NCBI GenBank assembly: GCA_028534125.1
Contig: CM052817.1
Location: 36,954,001-37,018,000, forward strand
Length of the DNA: 64,000 nt
DNA from: Lama glama
Taxonomy: Eukaryota
Direction: 5' to 3'
A program made the translations under genes and the position numbers. Below the pieces are notes generated by a model. It ran no database searches. It was given only the letters and a program-made list of their open reading frames with translations, and had not been told where the DNA came from. This document shows positions 40,500-53,055 of this stretch, in pieces. Numbering within the stretch: the first letter of the stretch is position 1; each line of letters begins with the position of its first letter.

Positions 40500-42780
40500 T
40501 AATGACAAAGAAAAAAAAGGAGGAGACAAAGATAAAAGATATCAGTAAATTTTTAGAAGAGGGAAAAGTCACTGAAAGAACAGGGAAAGCTTAAACCTAT
40601 GGGTTTTCTGAAACAAAGAAGGCCAATTCACACTGCAGAATCCAGAAAAGTTTAAAGAATTGGAGGCAGCAGGTAATTTAAAAGCCGATCAGAGGGTAGA
40701 GGCTGAAATCAGGAGGACTGTTGAAAGGCTGTCAGATAAAAAAGACCCAAAATCTTTCTTCATGCCTGCACAGCCAGGAGGACCTCCCGTTCCACCCTAA
40801 ACAGGAGAGCAGGTTGTTCTCTGGCCCTGGACTCAAGGTAGGCACAGGGGAGGGTGGGATGTGGTGTCATGCAGGAGCCCGGGGACTAAATGAGAGTCAT
40901 ATATGCACTGAGAGATCTCCAGTCCCTCCACTCAGTCATCTTGCAAAATGCTAGCGACCAGGCTTTTACCCACCTCCTCAACAAGTTAATTGATAGGAAA
41001 ATCCTCTAAAGAAAAAAACTCCCCAAGAAAAGATCTGACAATGACATTTGGGATGCCTCATCAAAACTGTTAGACTCCTGCCTCAGCATCCCTATCCAAG
41101 CTCTCCAAGGTGACAAGCCCTGCCCATGAAACTTCTGACTGGCTTCTTAGTGAATCACTATTAAACATTACCAGACAATCAAAGACATTAGACATTTGGG
41201 GAAAGCGTTCAACATGAAAAACAAAGACCAAAATGCACAAACTAGAAGAAGGAATAATATGGAAACAGAAAATGTAGAGTGCGGAAGAAATTTTCAAAAT
41301 GTTTGATTAATATCCTCAAAAAGATAAGAGTATATATCATACTAACGAGAAAAGAAAAAGTTAATATTAAAAAAGGAGACCATTAGGAAATAAGAAATTG
41401 AAAATGTATGAGCAAATTTTTTTAAAAACATCAATAGAAGACATGAAAGATAAAATTAAAGAAGTTTCCCAGAATAATATAAACAAGATGGGAAACAGGA
41501 GCAAAGATGGTAAGTAAATTAAAGAATCAACCCAAGAATTTGGACATTTAACTAATATGAATTCCAGAAGGAAAAGACAAAAATAAATAGAGGGGCAAAA
41601 ATTAGCAAAGAATTAAGATGTAAGTATCTCCCAGAACTGAAATATATGAATTTCCAAATTCAAAGGGCCTGATGACCACTTAAAAGTAAAAAAAGAAAAA
41701 GAAAAAAAGAATCCAAACAAAGGCAGAGGTTGTAATATCTCAGAACACTAGGGATAAATATTAAAACTTTAAAACTTGCAGAAAGAAAGAAAAAATTCTC
41801 ATTTTTAAAAATTGGGGAGAAAACTGACATTGGAGATCTTACTAGCAATGCTGGAAACTAGAAGAATATGGAACAAGCTTAAAATTCTAAGAAAAAAATT
41901 TCTAGTCTAAAATTTTATACCCAGTCAAACTATGTATCAAGTGAAAGATAAAACACAGATGTTTTTCTGATATGCAAAGTCTCAAAAATTCTGTCTCCTG
42001 TATTCTGTTTCTCAGAAAGCTTCTGGAGGATGTGCTCCATGAAAATGAGGGAGAACACCAAAAAAGAGAAACATATGATATCCAAGTAGTGAGACCTCGA
42101 ACATGAGAAGAGAGCAAAGGGAATTCCCAGGGTGGAGGTGACTAGAGATCCCAGGAGAAAAGCAGTGCAGCTGCCCACAGTCCTTCAGCCAAAAGGAGAA
42201 AGAGAAACACAGCTCTGGGCAGGGCATAGCCAAGGGGGCATATGGGACTAGGGGAGTTCCTTATGGATATAGGTTTGTTGTTGTTGTTTTGTAGTTGTTG
42301 TTACTATATTCAAATGAAATTTTGTTGGAAAATTTCAGAAGAATAAGTGATAGTTACTTGGGAAAGTCCTTTAAAAAGGGAGACAATTTCTAGGTCTGAA
42401 CGAAAACAAAATGTTGTTCAAGAGAAGAAATTTAAGTATGACTCAACACAAGAAATTACTACTTGTCTCAACAGTGAAGAATATTTACATTGTCATAAAT
42501 GTTAAATAATGATTTAAATAAGAATTGTGACATAATTATTTTAGAAAGAAGAGTACATGTGGTGTGTGTGTGTGTGTGTGAAGTGATAGCTGTTACAGTA
42601 TTAAATCAGTTGAATAATGTTTAACATTAATAGATTTTTTAAATATCCACTTAAGCACTTCTTTAAAAATACTGAGGTAACTAGCAGAAGAAATTAATCA
42701 TTTTCTTTATAAACGTCAAAGTATTATTTAAAGCTCTATGGACACTTTTATGCATAGAAATATGATTGCAAAAAATAATT
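40500..42780 (+). mobile_element. HAL1-like (half-L1, ORF1-only) degraded element
   Basis: A-rich ORF1-like sequence (GAATTCCAGAAGGAAAAG, CCCAGAACTGAA..ATGAATTTCCAAATTCAAAGGGCC, AATTTTATACCCAGTCAAACT) followed by TTCTCAGAAAGCTTCTGGAGGATGTGCTCCA. No intact ORF; boundaries approximate. Confidence 0.65.
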
Positions 42781-43726
42781 TGAAAGAGTCATTTTCTATT
42801 TCTGGGAGATCCAGAGAATCTCTACTAAAGAATAAAAACTGTACCCCTAATCTCAGTCAGAGTTCAGACTACCAAGCTTAGGGATACTCTGCAAGAAAAT
42901 GTAGACAGCCCACTACTTTAAGAGAGTTCATCTGAAGGCCAATTTACTGAGCCTCACTTGTCTCATCTCTAAACTAAACAAGGTCACATGGAACTAGCTA
43001 AACTCAAATGCAAGACAAATAACAAAAATGAGGCAGATCAGGTACAAATGGCAGCATCACTTATAGAGGAGAGTCTCTACTCAGACTCAGCCAATGGCTG
43101 CCATGAAGGCCCATTGTTGCTAAGAGGCCCAATGGTTCAAGAGAAACTGCAAAGCTGAGTTTTTACATGAAAGCTCCAGATTTTAAAATAAACACACAGT
43201 GCCTGCCAAATCGAACCCACCTGCAGGCCACTACCAAGTCAGAGATTGCCAAAGTGAGACCTCTAAATTAGATGAACATGGATGGCCCCTATAGGGCAGT
43301 CTGATGTCTCATTCCCCAAAATCTGTATTGAGTATATGAGTTTCTTCAACACCAGAGGGGAAGTTTGTTTTATCCAAACCTGACACGCTATATTACTTCA
43401 CTCCATGACTTTCCCCTTCACTGTGAACACTCACAAATCTTCAGACCCAAGATCTGCATACAGCCTCTATCCAAGGAAGCATAGTCATCAGCAGACAAGT
43501 TCTACCAAACACGGCTGGGCCAAAAAATCAAAGAGGTATTCTCACAGGGACACAATCGGGTAAAAAGTGTCATAAATCTGTCTTTTCAGACATGTTAGTC
43601 CACAAAGACAACAATCCCTCTTAAAAACAGAGGACACTGTCAATCTCAGGAGTATCTTTTCATCTTTCATGAGAAAACTTTTAACCACCACTGTTAATTA
43701 TCTTCTTGGTTTACAGGTCTAGAAAG

Positions 43727-43780
43727 ATGAAGACCATGCTTTTTTTCCTATACATGTTGGGAACTGTAGCTGCAATCCCG
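43727..43780 (+). CDS. SPARCL1: SPARCL1 exon 2 coding part: signal peptide MKTMLFFLYMLGTVAAIP (exon starts 43717)
   Basis: Acceptor TTTACAG|GTC at 43716/43717, ATG at 43727, donor CCG|GTAAGT; 54 nt, phase 0. Confidence 0.95.
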
Positions 43781-46594
43781 GTAAGTATCCTTTCTTCTGT
43801 TACTACATCTCTCCCTCCTGACATTTAGTTTAGAAATCCTTCATTTAAAAAGTTCTTATAAAGTGATTTGAAATTCTCTTTTTTATTTTAATCATATTAT
43901 TTTTTCCCAAGCAGGGAATGAATGACTAGAAAAAATGAAATGTTACTTTTTAAAAATATATTTCTTTCAGAACTATCAGGTTCTGTAAGATACAATTAAA
44001 AATGCAGCTGAAAGTGTTGACTATCAGTTTATTATCCAGGGAACATGCCCAAATAGCCAAGAGAACAGGAAGAAATAAATTCTCTGATGGAAGCTCATCA
44101 CATTAGTATGAGAAATCTTGGGGTAAATACCCACATTCTCCAGTTGCATTTTCTTCAAGATCAATACATACTGGCTGAGAAATTCTGAGTCTGCAATGAA
44201 AACAGGAACCAATAGTTCAGGGACAGGAAAGGGTATGGTAACCATAAACTGACTCCTAACTCATCCTTGGGGATCTGTCCAAGCAAACATGCTGAAAGCA
44301 GACAGGACTAGAACATTCTTTTCTTCACAGTCAGATATAACTGGCCCTGCCATTCACACAGCAATAAATCAGCAAATTGGATCATTTGAAACTATGTCAG
44401 CAGCCTCAAAATACATGAAAACTGACTTTTTGTTTGTTTGTTTAATGAAACTATGGTTGGATGATCATTTGGCTATCTCCCAAATGATCCATATCATCCT
44501 TAATCAAACTAAAGGATTGATGCCAATTTTTTCCTTTTCCAAATGGAGAAATCAACTTCCTTCAAATAGAAAGAGCAATTTATCTCTTGTCCTTTCTCTC
44601 CCTCCCTCTCTACTGCATCTACAATTCTGTCCTACTTTCTGGATAGCTGGTAGCTAGCTTCTGGTTAACAGCTGTGTCAGCAAAGACTAACACCATGCCA
44701 CCCAGCCCAAGCAGTTCTTAGAAAACAGAATTCATGACCACCGTTAAGAATCATGCTTAAGTAGTGAGGAGCTACTCCAGCTGGAATTATACATTGTCCT
44801 CTGAAATTAAAAAAGTGGAAGAAATTATGTTCAGCACATAAGTTCCCACAGAACCATTGTTTTCTCCTGAAAATGTGTTTTACCCTTGCAGCTGTTGCCA
44901 TCATGTAAACAGTCATCAAAGTGTCTTTGAACCAAATGTTTGAATGACACACTTGCATACAGACAAGTTCCAGATGTTTCCTTTTTAGAACAATCTGTTC
45001 TCATACAGACCCCATCAAATGCTAAAAAGCGAAGTAACTTCTCCAGGGATTTACCTATTAACAAGCTTGTGTCATTTTCCCCTCCTGCCTGAATTCTCCA
45101 GAAGTAAATGGATTCTGTGTAGTTAGGAGACTCCACACAGATTTCCAGAGAGTATGTTGTTACAAAATATACCTGTGGACATAATGATGAAAGAGAACTT
45201 CACTTTCTGAAAATTTCTGAACAAAGATAAGCTGCTATGTTTTTTATGCATTTCTTCCAGCTTGCTGATGGGGAGTGGGGGAGGAGGAAGGGCCCAGGGA
45301 TGGGGAGCAGTTCTCCACTAATAAGCCTAAAATCTCCTCCACTGTTGTCCTCCACTGGGCCCCTGCCAGCAACTTGCCAAGCTGGCCACCATTCTTTCTC
45401 CATTTCCCTCTTTAAAATGGCTTCTTTGGAAGAGTTTTCAAATAGTATTATTCCTTTTAGTTGAAAAGGTAATAAGAAGCAAGAGAGCAAATCACATCTA
45501 AAATAAATCCTATACTCCATGGCTTTCTTTATATTATATAATCAGCCCTACAGGACCTGCTAATGGAGTAAAGATGAGTCCATCCAAATAGAATCTGAGT
45601 TTTAGACTTACACTTGGACCTGTCTGACATCTGAGTGTCCACAGAATCTCTCTAATAAAGATCTGTGATGAATACCTGCCTAAGGTATCAGACAGTTCCT
45701 ATTATTACCACTGTATATTACTAATAGCTAGAGTAATTTTTCATTTGGGTCCCCCGTAAAATTCACAAAATGCTTTATATACATAGCTTTATCTTGATAT
45801 TTCTGCTCACTTCACCTCGAGAGATGAGGGAGTAGAGATTAACAATTTGTCAAACCACCGAAAGACAGTAAACAGCAGAGACAAGACTTGAAGGGAGGCC
45901 CTTTATCTCTAAGTCCAGTTGTTCAACTTCTCCATCATGCATCACTGCCCAGCTCTTCATGTATGCCTCCAATCTTGCTAGACATAGAGCCATTCCTCTA
46001 GAGGAAGTGACACTCCCTAGCTGTTCACCCCTCCTACATTTGGTGTCTGTTTCACACAGTTTTTTTTTTCCACACAGTTTTTGAATTAGTTCTAGATTGA
46101 ATTATTTGTATGACATGATTTCTTGATGAATATAAGACCAATAATGTTAGGAAAGTACACAAATCCTGAGTAAAAAATCTGTAACTTTTTCTGCTAATTA
46201 TCAATGAGTACTTAAAAGTTAAGAAAATGTACAACACTAAATCCTATGGTTAATTTAATTTCAACTTTCTACTAAACAACATTTTTCAAAATTATAAAGT
46301 ATAAATACTTTTTAAAAGTTAAAAAAAGAAAATAATTTAAAAATCAAAGGTTGCTATTACTGAAATCATTTTTGCTCTATTTTCTCACAATCTCTGCATA
46401 TGTAACATTTTCCTAATCATGATTCGGATTTCATTTCATTTGCTTGTTCCCTTTAAACTTCTAGAAAATATCTTTTAGTTGATGATACGAATGAAGCATA
46501 TTACTGCTAACAATGATGACAAGAGAGTAACTAGAAATTTTAAACATTAACATCTAGACATGAATAACACAAACCAGTTTTTAATTTTTTTCAG

Positions 46595-46771
46595 ACACAA
46601 GCAAGGTTCCTATCTGATCATTCCAACCCAACTGCTGATTCCTTGAATTCCTTCCAACAGACTGAAATGCTGGTAACAGCTGAGCGCACTGCAGTTCCCA
46701 CTGTAAAGGCTGAAGATGCAGAAAATGAAAAGGAAACTGCAGTATCCATAGAAGACCATCCCAACCATAAG
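46595..46771 (+). CDS. SPARCL1: SPARCL1 exon 3: TQARFLSDHSNPTA...EKETAVSIEDHPNHK
   Basis: TTTTTTTCAG| acceptor and AAG|GTACAA donor; 177 nt open frame; matches the hevin N-terminus. Confidence 0.95.
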
Positions 46772-47158
46772 GTACAAGTCACATGGTTGTACTAATAAAA
46801 TTGGTTAAGTCTCCAAAGGTCTCAATTTTAAAGCATGGTCAAAGAGACTACCTCATTCACTGTAAGTTGAATTTTTTTTTAAGATATGATCTCATCAACT
46901 GCCTCCTATCACTAGAAGAACTGTGACAATTAATGAGTTTTCCTTGGGCTGAGGTGCTGCATAATCGTTCCATTTCACAAAGTTCAAATTCAGGTTAAAC
47001 TTATAGCTATTGAATGTGAAGAACATCATAAATTAAGTTTACAAGATATAATGTGAAGAAAAAGAATAATGAATATTGAATTTTGGCTTATGAATTCTAA
47101 ATATGATACAGATATCACATTATCATTTGTTTCAATAATAAGCTTTTTTTCTTTTTAG

Positions 47159-48154
47159 CCTGAAAAATCTTCAATACTAAAGTCAGAGGAAGAAAACTAT
47201 GACCAGTTAGCAGATCAAGACCCAAGTTATGGCCAAAACCTGGGATTACAGGATCAAGAGGAAAGTGAAAGTGACTTACCAGCGAATTTGGAGTATACAC
47301 CAACTGAAGGTACATTGGACCTAAAGGAAGATATGAGTGAGCCTGAAAAGGAAAAACTCCCAGAGATCACTGATTTCCTTGGTCATGATGTTAGCTCCAT
47401 TGTAGATTCTAACCAACAAGAAAGCATCACAAAGACAGAGGAAAACCAACAACAAACTACAAATGACTCACATCCTCAGTTCAACAGGAGCAGCAAACAT
47501 AGCCAAGACCTAAATGATCAAGGAAGCCAAGAGCAGGATCCAAATATTCCAAATGGAGAAGAGGAAGGGGAAAAAGAGCCAGGTGAAGTTGGTACCCACA
47601 ACGATCACCAAGAAAGGGAGAGAGAAGTTCCCAAGGAGCATTCTGACAGCAAGCAGGAAGAAGACATTACCCAATCTGATGATATTTTGGAAGAGTCCAA
47701 TCAACCAACTCAAGTAAGCAAGGTGAAGAAAGATGAATTTGAGCAGGGTAACCAAGAACAAGAGGAGGAAAACTCCAATGCAGAAATGGAAGAGGAAACT
47801 GTGTCAAAAATCAATAAACATGATCAAGATACAGAATGGCAGAGCCAAGAAGGAAAGCCTGGCCTTGAAGTTAACAGCAACCATGAGGAGACGGGTAAAA
47901 AGACTCTTTCTGAGCCTTTGCTGGTGGAGCCTACTGATGATGGTAACATCATGCCCAGAAATCACGGGGTTGATGGTGATGGTGATGATGGCCCCAGATA
48001 CAATGCAAGTGATGACTACTTCACCCCAAGCGAGGCTTTCCTGGAGAATGAAAGAACTCAATCCAATTATTATCACATCAAATATGAGGAGCAAAGAGAA
48101 AAAGCACATGAGAATGAGAATGTGGATACCAGTGCACCTGTAGAAAACCAAGGG
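47159..48154 (+). CDS. SPARCL1: SPARCL1 exon 4: large acidic (Glu/Asp/Gln-rich) domain I
   Basis: CTTTTTAG| acceptor and GGG|GTGAGA donor; 996 nt open; contains EYTPTEGTLDLKEDMSEP and KEPGEVGTHND (ORF track 47288-48181). Confidence 0.97.
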
Positions 48155-49463
48155 GTGAGATTATTTATAGTGATTGCCTGATAAAGTGTTTTATCAAAAA
48201 AATAGCCATGACCTTTCTCTGTGCTCTTGCAATCTCTTATGCTTATCTCTATCAGTACATTATTCCAATATGTTGTAATTATTTTTCTCTGCATCTCCAT
48301 CTCCATCACTGGGGGGAAATGCCTGTTTTATTTGGGTTCCCCTAGAAGCACACCCTGGACTTTAGTGTAGTTTGTTTGAGAAGTTCAGGGAACAAAGAGA
48401 AGTGGAGAAGGGACACAGGAAGGAAAGGAAGCTAATCAAAGGTACATCATTAAAGCCATGTAAAATACATTCCTCTGAATCATGCCATTTAGAGAGTGAG
48501 GGAGCGGTGGCTTTTATACAAGCTGAGAATTACCGTGAAGGGTGTTAATTTCTCAGCACTTCCAGTCTGCCTGTTAAAAGAGCAGGCCAGATAGACTGCC
48601 ACAGATTTCCAGGCACAGAGATGCTGATACTGGCAGTTGAAAGTACCTGGCACTAACTGGAATGGTAAATTCTGACAGATATGAGAGATGGTAGAGACAT
48701 GACAACTGCTGCTCTAATGCCTTGAGAGCAGGTTCCAGGTCACAGTCAAGTTGAATCACCAATGTCTAGCAAAATACCTCTAACATAATAAAAGATCCAG
48801 CAATGTTTATCGATTTAGCCAAAAAGGTAAAGAACAATGACTTCAGCTACAACTTTATTACGGAAACACACACCAAAATGATCACCAAGAAATGGCAGCA
48901 GGGTTGGGGAAGGGAAGAAGCGTATTTTTATTTGGTTGTTTAGTCATTTGGAGCTTTCATGCAAAATCCTGGCAGCCACCCACCAGGAGCACTTGACATA
49001 GCTTTTTGTGGCCAAGTTCAATCGTAACTTCAGTTCCTAAAAACTCTGCTGCCAAGCTAAGGTAGGAGTTTTCTGACACTTTAGAAACCTGATAAGAAAA
49101 CTTTCCTAACAGCTCCACAGAGATTAGTGATGTAATCGTGTCTTAACTACAGAATCCCATGGTAAAATTACATTTCTACTGCTTTCCCATACCCAAAGGG
49201 GAGGTTCCAACCTTGCTTCTTATGTTAGTTCCAACTTCTATTGGGTAATCCCTAGAGATATAGCACTGAATCCAGTTAATAAAGATAAAAATGGCTCCTG
49301 TTCTCAAAGGGTTATGTCTACTTCTACATTTGTGGCTGGTGTCTCCTGAGATTGAAATGATTTGGGTATGAAAAGCTCTGTGAAAGGGTGTGCAGTGGAA
49401 ATGTAAATTATGTAATGGCTTTCCCCTAAATAGACTTCAACTTCTGCTCTTGTTATTATAAAG

Positions 49464-49536
49464 GCCAAGAAAGTAGAGAGCTCACTGAATGAAGATGACA
49501 GCTCAACTGAAGGCAACATGAGGATGCATGGTGTTG
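49464..49536 (+). CDS. SPARCL1: SPARCL1 exon 5: AKKVESSLNEDDSSTEGNMRMHGV
   Basis: AAG| acceptor and G|GTGAGT donor; 73 nt, ends in phase 1. Confidence 0.93.
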
Positions 49537-50248
49537 GTGAGTGCCAGCTAAGCAAGCTGTCTGTGACGATGTCAAGGAAGAGATGGAATCGGCCATGTTG
49601 GGCTATCCCCACCTCTTCATTTGCGGCTACTGTACAGAATTTTCCCTCTCCCTGCCACTCCCCAAGGAAATGCTCCCATAAATTGTTGACATTCTCTTGC
49701 GCGCATTTGATATACAACTCTGGTAACTGTGTTTACAAACTGGAAATCCGGTTGCAGCATTACTGCAAACACTCGAATTCTTTTTCTCTTTTGCATCTAA
49801 GAAGAATAATTAATTCTACCTTATTTACTCTCAAATCCATAATTTACCACTGAATTTAGATCCCATATTTACTTGAGACCTAATTCTCAATCATAAAATT
49901 TTGAACTTCAACCAATAAAATTCTTATGGCTTATTTAATTAACTTTGGGCCAACTTGCACAGCATTGCACTATAAACATCAGACTATGACTGCTACAGGC
50001 AGGCAAAGCTTAGAGCTGTTTGTTCTTTTTAAATCCACAATGCAAACTGCACAGAAATCTAGACTTTTGTGTAAAACGGTCTGATGTCAAAGAGTCCCAC
50101 CTAAAAATTAACACATCCATTAAAAAGACGCCTAACGTTTTCCCAATTTTTTTTCAGTAATGAAAATGGAACTAATTGCCACGATGAATTTGAGTTTACA
50201 TACTAAATTTAGCTTTGTCCATGTTTCCTGTCCAAACTTTTCTGTCAG

Positions 50249-50367
50249 ATTCTTGCATGAGCTTCCAGTGTAAAAGAGGACACATCTGCAAGGCTGATCA
50301 ACAGGGAAAACCCCATTGTGTTTGCCAAGATCCAGTGACTTGTCCTCCTACAAAACTCCTTGACCAA
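50249..50367 (+). CDS. SPARCL1: SPARCL1 exon 6: follistatin N-terminal module (DSCMSFQCKRGHICK...LLDQ)
   Basis: CAG| and |GTAAGC; 119 nt; conserved Cys pattern. Confidence 0.97.
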
Positions 50368-50826
50368 GTAAGCATTCTACAAAATGGTCTTTAAGGGACA
50401 CCAAGCAGTTAGTGATTTGAATGAAAGTCATTTGCAATTGAAATCTTTGTTTAAAAAATAATAATTTCCCAGGTTATCATCTAATATTTAAGTAATAGTC
50501 AACAGAAACAAATGCCAACAAAACAAGAATTTCAACTGCACGCTAAAACAACGGCATTGACGTAGAATCCAAATTAAAACTCATTTTAACCTTGGAACAT
50601 CTGCAATTTTTATTCTACTGAGTTTATCTAGAGCTAAACTGTCATTCACCGTTGGTATAATTGAGTTGATACTTCCGTGCCAAGTGGGACAGTTATGATT
50701 TTAATGGCCTCACCTACCCGACCACATCTTTGGCACAGCAGTTCATCAAACAGCCTTTAAGGAGCAGAGTGTTTTCCCAAAGAACATTCATAGACTTGAG
50801 CTTTTTTTCATTCTTGTCTTTCCTAG

Positions 50827-50947
50827 GTTTGTGGCACTGACAATCAGACCTATGCCAGCTCCTGTCATCTCTTTGCTACCAAGTGCAGACTAGAGGGGAC
50901 CAAAAAGGGGCACCAACTGCAATTGGATTATTTTGGAGCCTGCAAAT
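50827..50947 (+). CDS. SPARCL1: SPARCL1 exon 7: Kazal module ([20 protein letters not shown]...DYFGACK)
   Basis: TAG| and |GTAAGA; 121 nt; Kazal VCG-DN-TY motif. Confidence 0.97.
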
Positions 50948-51004
50948 GTAAGAGTCCATCACTACTGCCAACCACTGTTGCTGAAAGGGTTTTCAGTGAA
51001 TCTG

Positions 51005-51084
51005 AATAATATATATATTATATAATATAATATATTATATTATATATGTAATTATATATATATATATATACTCATATATATATA
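51005..51084. repeat. (TA)n-rich low-complexity tract
   Basis: Read directly. Confidence 0.9.
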
Positions 51085-51534
51085 CAAAAAACAATAACAA
51101 AAAAAAAGCTAAAGGTAGTTCTGAATCCAGGCTGCACATTAAAATAACTGGGAAGACATTTTTTTAATTAGAAGAATAATTTTCAGGCTTTAACTATAAG
51201 AGATTCTGATTTAATTGGACTAGGTTGGAACCTCAGCATTGTTTTCTCATTTGTTTTTAAAGTAACCTAGGCAACCCTAATGGGCAGCCAGGGTTCAAAA
51301 CCAGTGTGATAATGGTACCCACTCAGTAACTGAGATGAGTCATGGGAATTTTGTAAAATTAGTTGTCCTCTTCTCAAGTTATGCCTCCACCAAGAAGTTT
51401 TGATGATAACATATTCTTTCAGAATTTTTAAAAATCATCTTCCTTTCCCAGGATATTCTCAATTGTGTTTGGATTTCCTGGTCTCTAAGTGATTCTCCAC
51501 ATTAGCAGTGCTCACTAACCTCTCCTCTTTCCTG

Positions 51535-52110
51535 ACACACAAAAAGATCCAACGTCTCAGCTTCCTTGGTGTTAGACGTGGCCATATGAGTTGCTCTGTC
51601 CAATGAAATCTGAGCAAAAATCATCCATGTGAGTTCTGGGCAGAAGCATTTAAGAGCTGGTGTGTGGCTCTCCATGCTCCCTTCACCTCATGTTGAGATG
51701 GTGTTGAGCCTGTGGCATCTCCACCATCCTAAGCACCAAAAGAGACTGCGATGAGCAGAGCCCTCCTGCCATCTTGCATTGGATGTGTAGCAGGATGGAG
51801 AAATAAACGTTTGACGTGATGTACAACATGACGGCTATAGTCAACACTGCTGTATGGTATATTTGCAAGTTGCTAAAAAGTTCTCACCACAAGGGGTAAA
51901 AAATGAAAGTAACTATATAAGGTGATGAATGTCAACTAAACTTACTGTAGTAATCATTACAAAGTATACTTAAGTCATTATGCTGCACACCTTAAACTCA
52001 TGGTGTTGTATGTTAATTATATCTCAAAAAGCCTGAAAAAATGGTAATAATCTTTTGTTCCTTTAAGCCACTGAGATTTAACATTCTTACCATGGTATAA
52101 GCTAATTTGT
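51535..52110 (+). mobile_element. MLT1J-like LTR interrupted by an L1 3' end (~51815-52042)
   Basis: LTR motifs GTGGCCATATGAG..CCAATGAAATCTGAGC..GGGCAGAAGCATTTAAGAGC and TTAAGCCACTGAGATTT flank L1 3'UTR motifs GTTCTCACCAC..TGCACACCTTAAAC..TGTTAATTATATCTCAA. Confidence 0.75.
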
Positions 52111-52183
52111 CTTTTTTCTCTTTTCCCGTAATAAATAGCTCTTGTAACCTCCACCTCTGAATTCCAACTCTCTGATTCTAGAG

Positions 52184-52373
52184 CAGTGGTTCTCAGCCCT
52201 ACCTGCACATCAAACTCAGCCCTACCTGCACTTCTGGAACGATTAAAACATCCTGATGCCGAGGCTCCACCCTAGACCAATCAAACCATTATTTCTTTGA
52301 ATGGAAGCTGGCATCTGGCATTTTTAAAATACTCCTGGAAATTCTGTTGTGCCAGCCGGGTTAAGGAACCCTG
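52184..52373. mobile_element. MER5A-like hAT element (similar copies ~51115-51305 and ~59518-59687)
   Basis: CAGTGGTTCTCA...CTGATGCC..GGCTCCACCC..GGCATTTTTAAAA..GGTTAAGGAACCCTG. Confidence 0.75.
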
Positions 52374-52489
52374 TTGTGTTGGAGGGGCTGTTAGTTACTG
52401 GAAACTGTTAAGCATCCTGTTTATGAGGACTTTCATGGGACAAGAGTAAGACCCAAAAAATAAAATCAATTTGCTTTCTCTTGGAACAG

Positions 52490-52626
52490 CTATTCCTGCT
52501 TGCACAGACTTTGAAGTGACCCAGTTTCCTCTAAGGATGAGAGACTGGCTCAAGAATATCCTTATGCAGCTTTATGAGCCTAACCCTGAACACGCTGGAT
52601 ATCTAAATGAGAAGCAGAGAAATAAA
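52490..52626 (+). CDS. SPARCL1: SPARCL1 exon 8: start of EC domain (IPACTDFEVTQFPLRMRDWLKN...RNK)
   Basis: CAG| and |GTAAGT; 137 nt; SPARC-family signature FPLRMRDWLKN. Confidence 0.98.
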
Positions 52627-52934
52627 GTAAGTTATCCATGGTCAGCTGCCTAAGCGTCTGTCTTCAGGCCTAAGGAAGAAGGTTTCAAGGGGCAGGGGGT
52701 TGGAGGTGGGGTTCCTCTCTCTGCATATAAGTAATACATCTGGGTAACACATATGGATTAACAGAATACTAGTGGTCATCATTCATGTCACAAGGTTTGG
52801 GACACAGACAAACCACCCCATTCCTACACAAAGGGTATGCCCTGAGCAAGGGCTCTTGAACATATACCTAGAGCAGGCTCTACTGAGCAAAATGAACCTC
52901 AATTCAGCATTTATATGTTCAGGCCCAGATATAT

Positions 52935-53055
52935 AAATAGGGTGGTAATTAGGTTTGTTTGTTTGTTTGTTTAATGGAGTTACTGGGGATTGAATCCAGG
53001 ACCTCGTGCATGCTAAGCACACACTCTACCACTGAGCTATATACCATCCACCGTG
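52935..53055 (-). mobile_element. Vic-1-like SINE
   Basis: Reverse-complement A/B boxes; TSD GGCCCAGATATAT (52922-52934) / GGCCCAGACATAT (53056-53068). Confidence 0.85.

Noticed and set aside
47288..48181. Stand-alone 297-aa ORF
   Set aside because: It is the interior of SPARCL1 exon 4 plus read-through into intron 4, and it starts at a TTG.
47510..48309. Overlapping alternative-frame and antisense ORFs on exon 4
   Set aside because: Expected by-products of purine-rich Glu/Gln/Asp codon bias, with no independent promoter or splice evidence.
52621..52626. AATAAA as a poly(A) signal
   Set aside because: It encodes Asn-Lys at the end of exon 8 and abuts a strong donor.
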